64,000 bases of DNA, taken from Acidobacteriota bacterium (lineage in GTDB: Bacteria > Acidobacteriota > Thermoanaerobaculia > Multivoradales > Multivoraceae). This document shows, one piece after another, positions 29,701 through 38,712 of the stretch. The position numbers and the translations under genes are program-made. The DNA is taken from NCBI GenBank assembly GCA_036337765.1, contig JAYZDP010000104.1, forward strand, positions 3,764 to 67,763, read 5' to 3'. Positions within the stretch are counted from its first letter, which is position 1. Every line of letters starts with the position of its first letter. Under the pieces are notes generated by a model that made no database searches, was not told the origin of the DNA, and saw only the letters and a list, made by a program, of their open reading frames with translations.

Positions 29701-32079
29701 TCATCCCCGGCGTCGTAGATGGACACCACGCTTGAGCGACAGCTCTCGCCCGGGCCTCCAGCCGCGCCGTCGGCCGTCGCGCAGGGCGCGGACTGCGGTC
29801 GAAAGGACCTGGGCGGCGCCTTCGAGAGCCGAGCCGCCAGGGGACTCTAAATAGCGGCGCAAGTGGCCCCAGCGGGATCGCGGGTCGGGGCGTGCTTCGA
29901 GCTCGGCGAGGACACTGACGCCCTCCCACTCGGGAAGCCGACGCCAGTGTCGGTAGAGGCGGACGGCGACACTGCGGTCGAGGGCCTCGTCGCGGCGCTG
30001 CGGGACGGCGGTCAACCAGGCAGGCTCGGCCGCCAGCCAGCCGAGAGGGCCGGCGAGCGCTCGGGTGACGAGCGCGAGCTCCTCGGCGACATCGCAGCGA
30101 TGGGCGCAGTCGGCCAGGCGGTCGGCGTCGATGAGGTCATCGCGCTCGAGGGCGAGGGCGAGGTCGAGGACGGCGCGCATCGTGACCGCGAGGTCGTGGT
30201 GCAGGAGGTGCCCGAGGGCGAGGATGAGCGCATGCTCGGGCGCCGGGGCTTCGAAGCGCACGCCGCCCGCCTGGCAGGAGGTGGCGTGGTCCCAGGTCTG
30301 CTCGAGCAACCATGGGCGCTCCGACAGCTCGTCCCAGAGATCGAAGTGGAGCTCGATCGAACGACCGGTCTCCGGGTCGTGGCGCTCGACGTGGTGGGGT
30401 GCCGTGCGGCCTCGCTCGGTGTAGCCGAGGGCCTCTAGCTCGCGTTCGAGCGCGCGGAGCTCCGCCGGGCGGCAGAGGAGGTCGAGGTCGACCATCGGAC
30501 GCAGACCGGGGGCACCGTAGAAGCGGGCGATGTCGGCCGGGCCCTTGAAAGCCAGTGGGCGCAACCCGAGTTCGCGGCAGCGCTCGAGGAGGCGGCCGAG
30601 GTCGTCGAGCCGGCGGCCGTTGTGGAGTGCCGTCAGGCAGGAGGCGCCGAACCAGTCGTCGCGCACCGCGGCGTCAACTTGGAAGGGCAGCCGGCCGTCG
30701 TGGGCGAGATGGCTGAGGACGGGCTGCAGCCGGTGCGCCGCCGCGAGGATGACCAGGCGGTCGAGGTCGTCGACCGGTCGGGGCGGTGGCTGGCCTCCGG
30801 TCGCCTTCGAGACGAACTCTCTGCAGGCCCGCTCGAGGAGGGCGATGCACGAGTCGACCGGCGTGGTTTCGAAACGGTCGGCGGCGAGGGGCGGCCGCGA
30901 CCCCGCGGCCTCGACCGCGAACCCCATGCCCTCGGCGAGGCGTCGGCAGACGCGGTCGCTAGCGTAGTCGGACGCCAGCTGGCCGCGCTTGGCGGCGGCG
31001 ATCCGGCGGGCCTCTCCGCGGTGCTCGAAGACCCAGCGCAGCAGCTCGCTCGCGTGGGCTCGGTCGGCTCGGGCCCAGTGCGGGGGACCCGAGGCGGTGC
31101 GGTACTCCTCGTCGGGAGCCTCGACCAGGTCGTAGCGCACCGCGAGCGGCCAGTCATCGCCGAGGTAGTCCTTCTGGCCTCCCCAACCGGTAAGGATCGC
31201 GGGATTGCCGAAGAGCAGCGCCTCGAAGGGGCAGATGCCCCAGCCCTCGCTGCGCGGCAGCCCGAAGAAGCAGTCGCCCCGTGTGTGCAGGCCGTCGATG
31301 GTGCGCGGCGAGACCTCCTCGGCTACGAGATGCACGCGCCCGCGGCCCGGGTACTCCGCCAGGATCTTCGCCACCTGCCACCAGGTCATCTGCTCGTGCG
31401 GCACGGCGCGGCCCACGCGGTCGCCCTCGAGGGCACCGGGCACGATCGAATCGGTCTTGACCACCAGCACTACACGCTCGTCGGCCCGGAAGGTCTCGAG
31501 GTAGGCCCGCAGGGTGTCGCTCATGGACTTGCGCGGGGTCCAGGTGGCGATGGTGTAGAAGACGAAGTCGTCGTTCTCGATCGCCCGCAGCGCGTCGGGC
31601 ACCGGAGCGCGCCGGACCTCCCGCGCGATGTGCGGCACGATCTCGATGGGTCGGGTGATGCCCTCCGACGCCAGCACCGAACGGTTGAACTCACTCGGCA
31701 CGAAGAGGCGCTCGAACCCATTCAGAACGTCGCACCAGCCGTCCGGAAGGCGATCCATCTCCCAGGCGACGTAGGCGTAGGGCGTCAGGTCGAGCGCCTT
31801 GCGCAACCAGTGGGCGTGGGCCCTCGGCGGAGGCACGTCGATCAGCAGGGTGTCGACGTCGAGAGGGCGGTGGTGGAGCCGCAGGACGCGTTCATCGATC
31901 GCCGGGTGCAGGCCCGGTAGCCGGTCGAGCGAGCTGGGCGTGTCGAGCCCCTTCGCGATCGGCCACCACGTCAGGGGGACCCCAAGCCGGTCGAGCCCTG
32001 CCGCGTAGAGCGTGGCGGCGTCGCCGTAGCCGGAGCCCGGCAGCTGGGTGACTAGCTGCAGTCCGCGGGGCGGCGTCAT
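29701..32079 (-). CDS. Fusion protein: GT4-family (GT-B) glycosyltransferase fused to a PF14907-type uncharacterised nucleotidyltransferase domain. The two halves are ordered N-terminal glycosyltransferase, C-terminal nucleotidyltransferase. Start set at ATG 32079 (MTPPRGLQLV), which overlaps the upstream gene stop as ATGA.
   Basis: Glycos_transf_1-like region FVPSEFNRSVL ... GDCFFGLPRSEGWGICPFEALLFGNPAILTGWGGQKDYL. C-terminal half has the NTP_transf_5 pattern: DRLVILAAAHRLQPVL ... LRPLAFKGPADIARFYGAPGLRPMVDLDLLCRPAELRALERELEALGY ... IELHFDLWD. Confidence 0.75.
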   Translation of the reverse strand: MTPPRGLQLVTQLPGSGYGDAATLYAAGLDRLGVPLTWWPIAKGLDTPSSLDRLPGLHPAIDERVLRLHHRPLDVDTLLIDVPPPRAHAHWLRKALDLTPYAYVAWEMDRLPDGWCDVLNGFERLFVPSEFNRSVLASEGITRPIEIVPHIAREVRRAPVPDALRAIENDDFVFYTIATWTPRKSMSDTLRAYLETFRADERVVLVVKTDSIVPGALEGDRVGRAVPHEQMTWWQVAKILAEYPGRGRVHLVAEEVSPRTIDGLHTRGDCFFGLPRSEGWGICPFEALLFGNPAILTGWGGQKDYLGDDWPLAVRYDLVEAPDEEYRTASGPPHWARADRAHASELLRWVFEHRGEARRIAAAKRGQLASDYASDRVCRRLAEGMGFAVEAAGSRPPLAADRFETTPVDSCIALLERACREFVSKATGGQPPPRPVDDLDRLVILAAAHRLQPVLSHLAHDGRLPFQVDAAVRDDWFGASCLTALHNGRRLDDLGRLLERCRELGLRPLAFKGPADIARFYGAPGLRPMVDLDLLCRPAELRALERELEALGYTERGRTAPHHVERHDPETGRSIELHFDLWDELSERPWLLEQTWDHATSCQAGGVRFEAPAPEHALILALGHLLHHDLAVTMRAVLDLALALERDDLIDADRLADCAHRCDVAEELALVTRALAGPLGWLAAEPAWLTAVPQRRDEALDRSVAVRLYRHWRRLPEWEGVSVLAELEARPDPRSRWGHLRRYLESPGGSALEGAAQVLSTAVRALRDGRRRGWRPGRELSLKRGVHLRRRG

Positions 32080-32948
32080 CGAGGCCCGGCCGCGAGCTCG
32101 TGCGGCGTCGGGACGAGGGGCTGCAGCAGGCGGGCGAGCCCACTCGACGAGCGGTGGATGCGCGTGACGGTGAGCTCCTCGGCGTGGTGGGTCGAGAAGT
32201 CGACTCGATCCTCTTCCCACCACATGTGCTGCCACAGGTGGAGCGAGGAGGCCTCGCCGGTGTCCAGCGGCTCTTCGGCGAAGAGCCGTGCGATCCCCTC
32301 CGGCGTCGAGCGCACCGGGAAGAACGTCGCCTCGGGCTCGACGTGGATCTCGTCGGGGAGCTCTTCGCTGAGCTGCTGCGCGAGGAAGCCCGAGTGGTTG
32401 CTCCAGCTGCCGTCGAGGGCACCCTCCATACGTTCACGCCAGGTGCGGGCGAAGAGCGAGCCGGGCTCGGCCATCAGCAGGGCGTTGCAGAGGGACGGCT
32501 TGACGTTGCCGGTGTGTTCGTCGACGACCGGCGGCTCTCGGCCGATGACGAAGCTCTCTTCCCACAGGTGCTCCGGTGGCGGCCGCAGGAAGATCGTGTC
32601 GATGTCGGCGTAGAGACCGCCGTGCTCGATCAGGGCGTCGAGTCGCACGAAGTCGGCCTGGTGGGCATAGCGGTAGGCTTCGGGGACGAGCCGGTCATCG
32701 TAGCGCGCGCGATCGATCTCGACCGGCCGCTCGACACGAACCAACTCCAGGTGCGGCCGGATCTCCTCCCACAGAGCGCCGAACGGCAGCGAATGGTAGT
32801 GCAGCACGATCTTCTCCGGCCGGACGACCTGGCGACACGACTCGATGGCCGCGTAGTGGAGCGGGTGAAAGGTGAGCCGCTGAGGGCGGAGTCCGAAGAC
32901 GAAGTGCGCGATGCGCGGGATCCCGGCCATGGGAGAGGGAAGTGACAT
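32076..32948 (-). CDS. GT32-like glycosyltransferase (Och1/DXD sugar-binding region family)
   Basis: N-terminal IPRIAHFVFG (compare IPKxIHQIW) and ADFVRLDALIEHGGLYADIDTIF (DXD-containing motif of Gly_transf_sug). Start ATG 32948 (alternative ATG 32930). Translationally coupled to the downstream GT-NTase gene. Confidence 0.65.
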   Translation of the reverse strand: MSLPSPMAGIPRIAHFVFGLRPQRLTFHPLHYAAIESCRQVVRPEKIVLHYHSLPFGALWEEIRPHLELVRVERPVEIDRARYDDRLVPEAYRYAHQADFVRLDALIEHGGLYADIDTIFLRPPPEHLWEESFVIGREPPVVDEHTGNVKPSLCNALLMAEPGSLFARTWRERMEGALDGSWSNHSGFLAQQLSEELPDEIHVEPEATFFPVRSTPEGIARLFAEEPLDTGEASSLHLWQHMWWEEDRVDFSTHHAEELTVTRIHRSSSGLARLLQPLVPTPHELAAGPR

Positions 32949-32974
32949 TAGCACGCGACCGCGGGCGGAGCCTG

Positions 32975-34234
32975 ATGCTCGCTCCGCTGGTGCCCGAGCC
33001 GACGGGCAACGGCTTGGCGATGCGGGCGGCGACGTCGCTCGAGGCCTTGGCGCGCCTCGGCGACGTGACACTGGTGGTCGTTCCGGCGGCCGATCCGGAG
33101 GCCGCCCGACGCGACGCTGGCTGGGCGCGCGAGCGGTGCGAGCGGTTGGTGCTCATGGCGCTGCCCTCCGGCCGGGAGGCCGCAGCCGCGTGGCTCGCCT
33201 CGCCCACGGGGCGTCGGATCGCGGCCGCCGCTGGGTCGTTGCCGTCGCTCGCGCGGGGGGTGCCGCCGGTTCTCGGCAGCCGGCTCGCTGCCGAGCTGGG
33301 ACGGGGCTTCGAGCGTATCTTCACGCTTCGGCTTTACCTGTCCGGCGTGGCCCTCGGCTGGCGCGACGCGGAAGCGGCGGGCGCTCCGCAGCTCGTGCTC
33401 GATCTCGACGAGGACGACGCTGCGACGCTCTCGGCAATCGCCCGGCTCGAAGCGGCACGTGGCGTGGGGGATCGCGCCCGGAAGACCCGGGAGGAGGCGG
33501 AGGCCTTCGGCCGCCTCGCGGGCGCTGCTCTACCGAACTTTGACCGTCTGCTGGCGTCGACCGTACTCGAGGCGCAGGGTCTGGCCGCGGCGACTGGCGG
33601 ACGGGAGATCGTCGTAGTGCCGAACGCGGTGCGACGGCCCGGGAACGGTGACAGCCCAGGGAGGCCGCCTGCATCAAGCGCAGGGTCGGCGGCTCCCCGA
33701 CTGCTGCTGGTCGGCAACTACTCCTACCTGCCGAATGTCGATGCAGCCGAACGCCTGGTGCGGGGCATCCTGCCGCGTCTTCGCGAGTCCCGTTCCGAGG
33801 CGGAGGCGCACCTGGTGGGCGGGGGCGGCGGCTCGGTGCTCGAGGCTCTGGCGAGGGAGGATGGAGCGGTCGTCCACGGCTGGGTCGACGACCTCCGGCC
33901 GCACTACGGCGCGGCGGCGGTGGTGGTGGTGCCGCTGCGGGCCGGCGGTGGCAGCCGCCTGAAGATCCTCGAGGCGGCGGCTCACGGCGTGCCGGTGGTC
34001 GCCACTCCGGTAGCCGCTCGGGGGCTCGAGGGGCTACGCGACGGCCGGGAGATCCGCCTGGCCGAGAGCGACGACGAGTTGGCTCTTGCGGTCCGGACGG
34101 TGCTCGACGATCCGGCGGCCGCCGCGGCGGTCGCGGAACGGGCTCGCGATCGGGTGCTTGCGGCGCACGCGGCCGACCGCGTCGCGGCCGATTTGGCGAC
34201 CCTCCTCGAGACTCCCTCGACCGGGCGCCGGTGA
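32975..34234 (+). CDS. GT4-family glycosyltransferase (group 1). Start ATG 32975 (MLAPLVPEP); the ORF could extend to GTG 32942.
   Basis: N-terminal MLAPLVPEPTGNGLAMRA (compare RIL.L.P..P..GG). C-terminal Glycos_transf_1 motifs GGGGGSVLEAL ... GGGSRLKILEAAAHGVPVVATPVAARGL. Confidence 0.8.
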   Translation: MLAPLVPEPTGNGLAMRAATSLEALARLGDVTLVVVPAADPEAARRDAGWARERCERLVLMALPSGREAAAAWLASPTGRRIAAAAGSLPSLARGVPPVLGSRLAAELGRGFERIFTLRLYLSGVALGWRDAEAAGAPQLVLDLDEDDAATLSAIARLEAARGVGDRARKTREEAEAFGRLAGAALPNFDRLLASTVLEAQGLAAATGGREIVVVPNAVRRPGNGDSPGRPPASSAGSAAPRLLLVGNYSYLPNVDAAERLVRGILPRLRESRSEAEAHLVGGGGGSVLEALAREDGAVVHGWVDDLRPHYGAAAVVVVPLRAGGGSRLKILEAAAHGVPVVATPVAARGLEGLRDGREIRLAESDDELALAVRTVLDDPAAAAAVAERARDRVLAAHAADRVAADLATLLETPSTGRR

Positions 34235-34249
34235 TACCGTGCGCGGATT

Positions 34250-34531
34250 GTGAGCGAGTCACCGAAGTACGAGCGGGCGCCGGGCCTGGAGTCGCACGAG
34301 GCCGATGATGGACTGGTGATCTTCGATCCCGCCGTCGACAAGATCCACCACATCAACTCCTCGGCCGGAGTGTTCTTCGAGCTCTGCGACGGCACCCGTG
34401 ACGCCGAGCGCATCGCCGAGGTCGCGACCGGCGTCTTCGGCCCGGACGAATTGCCGGAGGGCGCCGTCGCACAGGCGCTCGAGATGCTGGTGCGCGAGGG
34501 CATCGTACGGCAGGTCGACGGGGACTCTTGA
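34250..34531 (+). CDS. PqqD-family protein (RiPP recognition element, peptide chaperone)
   Basis: 93 aa. DGLVIFDPAVDKIHHINSSAGVFFELCDGTRDAERIAEVATGVFG...AVAQALEMLVREGIV matches the PqqD consensus along its whole length. GTG start 16 nt after the GT4 stop. Confidence 0.8.
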   Translation: MSESPKYERAPGLESHEADDGLVIFDPAVDKIHHINSSAGVFFELCDGTRDAERIAEVATGVFGPDELPEGAVAQALEMLVREGIVRQVDGDS

Positions 34532-35385
34532 TCTCCTTCCAACTGCTCGACACCCGGGTGGAGGTCGTGCGCGACGACCCGGTGATCGACGGCGGGCTGC
34601 GCTACCTGGCGCACGGCGCTTCGAGCGAGGTCGTCGTCCGGCGGACGATACGCTATGCCATCGAGGGCTCGGGGCCGTGGCTGCTGCGCGAGGAGGGCGA
34701 CGCTGTCGACGTCCTGGAAGATCCGGACGACTTGCTCTGGTTCCTCTTTGTGCGTGTACACGGTCGGGTGTGCGAGCGCTATTCGCTGGCGGGCTGGTCG
34801 ACCTTCCACGCCGCCGTCGCGGGCGTGCGAGGCGTGCGGCTGTTGTTCGTCGGACCGTCGAGCGTCGGCAAATCGACTCTCGCTTCGACGCTGCTCTTTG
34901 GGGGGCATTCGGTCGAGGGCGACGAGATGGCCTTCGAGCGCGCTGGCGTCGTGGTGCCGCTGGCGCGCCGCTTTCATCTCAAGGAAGGGATCGAGCGGCA
35001 CGTGTCGGGCCTGGCCCCCTGGATCGACGATCTGCCGGCGGTCAGGCGCGACGGCGCGCCGGTGCGGGCCTTCGACCCGAGCGAGCACGGCTTCGAGTGG
35101 AGGGTGAGGTCGGCGCCGGTCGACGCGGTCGTCTGTCTGCGCGCCGAGCACGGCGGAGAGAGCCGGCTTCGGGAGATAACGACCTTCGAAGCGCTGACGG
35201 GATTGCTGGGCGGTGCTCTGAACTGGGTCCAGTCGCGAAGCGTCCTGGTGGCGGCGGCGACGCGGCTGGCCAGGGCGCGGCGGGTCGAGCTCACCTTGGG
35301 ACGGCCCTCCGAGACCCTGGCGGCGCTCGAGTCCTGGTGCGGCTCGATCGACGGGAAGTTGCCGGACACGGACGGGATCGTCTAG
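34528..35385 (+). CDS. HPr-kinase-like (HprK C-terminal-domain-like) P-loop kinase, of the type found in phosphorylating lasso-peptide clusters
   Basis: Walker A GPSSVGKSTLASTLL in the context LLFVGPSSVGKST...GHSVEGDEMAF. About 285 aa. Start overlaps the PqqD stop (TTGA). Confidence 0.7.
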   Translation: MISFQLLDTRVEVVRDDPVIDGGLRYLAHGASSEVVVRRTIRYAIEGSGPWLLREEGDAVDVLEDPDDLLWFLFVRVHGRVCERYSLAGWSTFHAAVAGVRGVRLLFVGPSSVGKSTLASTLLFGGHSVEGDEMAFERAGVVVPLARRFHLKEGIERHVSGLAPWIDDLPAVRRDGAPVRAFDPSEHGFEWRVRSAPVDAVVCLRAEHGGESRLREITTFEALTGLLGGALNWVQSRSVLVAAATRLARARRVELTLGRPSETLAALESWCGSIDGKLPDTDGIV

Positions 35386-35415
35386 GATGCGCTCGTACAT
35401 CACGGGAGACCACCC

Positions 35416-35580
35416 ATGTCGAAGAGAGAAGAGGCCCTTGAAGAGTTCGACGAGTCGCGACGCGACTTCGTGCGCAAGGCCGGCGTGGCCGGTTTCGTGG
35501 CGCCGGTGGTGGCGTCGTTCACGATGTCCGGTCTGATGGCCCGCCCGGCCGCCGCGCAGGCACCGAACCAGTCGCCATAG
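35416..35580 (+). CDS. 54-aa peptide MSKREEALEEFDESRRDFVRKAGVAGFVAPVVASFTMSGLMARPAAAQAPNQSP. It resembles a twin-arginine (Tat) signal peptide with almost no mature domain, and is the candidate substrate (precursor) of the surrounding PqqD/HprK/NTase/GT cluster.
   Basis: ATG preceded by GGGAGA at -12. Located 30 nt after the kinase gene and 10 nt before the GT2-TPR gene, co-oriented. Contains SRRDFVRK (RRxFLK-like), a hydrophobic h-region and an AQA motif. Ends NQSP with a Ser at the penultimate position. Confidence 0.5.
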   Translation: MSKREEALEEFDESRRDFVRKAGVAGFVAPVVASFTMSGLMARPAAAQAPNQSP

Positions 35581-35589
35581 AGCCCGGCG

Positions 35590-36687
35590 GTGGTGCGCGT
35601 CACCGCTGCCCTCATTGTCCGCGACGAAGCGGAGCATCTGCGCGCTTGCCTACAGGCGGCCGGTCCGCTCGTTGACGAGATCGTCGTCGTCGACACCGGA
35701 TCGGATGACGACAGCCCGGCGGTCGCCGAGGCGGCTGGGGCGCACGTGATCTACGATGCGTGGCGGGACGACTTCGCTCGCCCTCGCAACCTCGGCCTCG
35801 AGGCCGCCACGGGCGACTGGATCCTCTACCTCGACGCCGACGAGAGGGTGGCGGCGGAGCCGGGGTGGCGACAGCGGCTTGAGGCGCCCGATGTCCTGGG
35901 GGCCCGGGTGGCGTTCCGCGCGGCCAGCCACCTGACCCCGTACACCGAGCTCCGCCTCTTCCGTAGCCGCCCGGACCTGCGCTTCCGCGGCGCCATCCAC
36001 GAGACGGTGGTCCCGGACGTCGAGGCAGTCGCGGCCCGCGAGGGCGTGCGGGTGGTCGACGCGCCCGAGGTCTTCGTGGAGCACCTCGGCTACGAGGGTG
36101 ATCGAACGCCCAAGTACCGGCGCGACCTGCCGATCCTGCGCCGGGCTGTCGAGGACGATCCCGATCGTCTCTTTCTCTGGCACGCCCTGGGCGAGGCGGC
36201 GCTCGGGCTGGGGCGGCGCGTCGAGGCGGAGCGGGCGTGGCGGCGCGGCGTCGAGGTTGCCCGGAGGGCCCCGGGGAATGCGATCGGTACCATGTTGTGG
36301 GTCGACCTCATCTCGATGCACTTTGCGTGGGAGACGATCGAGGACGTCGAAGCCCTGGTCGATGAGGCACTGGTCCGGTCCCCCGAGGACCCGGCGGTGC
36401 TCTGGTGGAGCGCACGCTGGTCCGCCGAGGCTGGCGATCCCGTTGGGGCGGAGCGGCGGCTGCGTGCCCTCCTCGAACGGGGAGAGCCGAAAGGGCCCGG
36501 CGCGGTCGGGGTCGACCGGCGGCTCTTCGGCGAGCTCGGCTGGGCCCTGCTGGGGTCGGTGCTGCTGGCCGAGGGGCGTGACGAAGAGGCGCTACGCTAC
36601 CTGAGGCTTGCGGCGGAGCGGCGCCCGGACGACGCCGAGCTGCGGGCGAAGCGAAGCCTCGCCGAGTCCCGCCTGACGTCGGCCTGA
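35590..36687 (+). CDS. GT2-family glycosyltransferase (SpsA-like) with C-terminal TPR repeats
   Basis: N-terminal ALIVRDEAEHLRACLQAAGPLVDEIVVVDTGSDDDS ... WILYLDADERV (GT2 DxD). C-terminal helical repeats (LGEAALGLGRRVEAERAWRRGVEVAR..., LAEGRDEEALRYLRLAAERRPDDAEL). Confidence 0.8.
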   Translation: MVRVTAALIVRDEAEHLRACLQAAGPLVDEIVVVDTGSDDDSPAVAEAAGAHVIYDAWRDDFARPRNLGLEAATGDWILYLDADERVAAEPGWRQRLEAPDVLGARVAFRAASHLTPYTELRLFRSRPDLRFRGAIHETVVPDVEAVAAREGVRVVDAPEVFVEHLGYEGDRTPKYRRDLPILRRAVEDDPDRLFLWHALGEAALGLGRRVEAERAWRRGVEVARRAPGNAIGTMLWVDLISMHFAWETIEDVEALVDEALVRSPEDPAVLWWSARWSAEAGDPVGAERRLRALLERGEPKGPGAVGVDRRLFGELGWALLGSVLLAEGRDEEALRYLRLAAERRPDDAELRAKRSLAESRLTSA

Positions 36688-36867
36688 GTGACCACCAGAT
36701 GGCGGTTCTCCGACCCGTCGGGCGACGCTCATCCCCAGTCCAAGCTGACTCTCAGGCGTCCCCTTCGCGGGTTCATACTGTGTGTCTCCGCGATAGACGT
36801 TGAAAGGCGCCGCCAGGGTCGGACCGCGGAAGTCCTTTCCTGACGAGGCCTTGTAGCTATCAAAGGT

Positions 36868-36944
<77 letters not shown>

Positions 36945-36984
36945 CCAAGGTTCGTTGGCCGCCCTTTCGGGCGAAGGGAGATAG

Positions 36985-38687
<1,703 letters not shown>

Positions 38688-38712
38688 CCGGCCACCCACT
38701 CGCCAGTTCGGT

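Noticed and set aside
33321-34262. 313-aa minus-strand Pro/Arg-rich ORF
   Set aside because: Antisense to the GT4 glycosyltransferase gene, which has clear GT-B motifs.
29701-36687. Interpretation as a canonical lasso-peptide biosynthetic cluster
   Set aside because: No asparagine-synthetase-like lasso cyclase and no transglutaminase-like B2 protease ORF is present in or near the cluster. The small ORF has no plausible macrolactam-forming Gly/Ala-...-Asp/Glu core. A non-lasso use of the PqqD/kinase/NTase module fits the sequence better.
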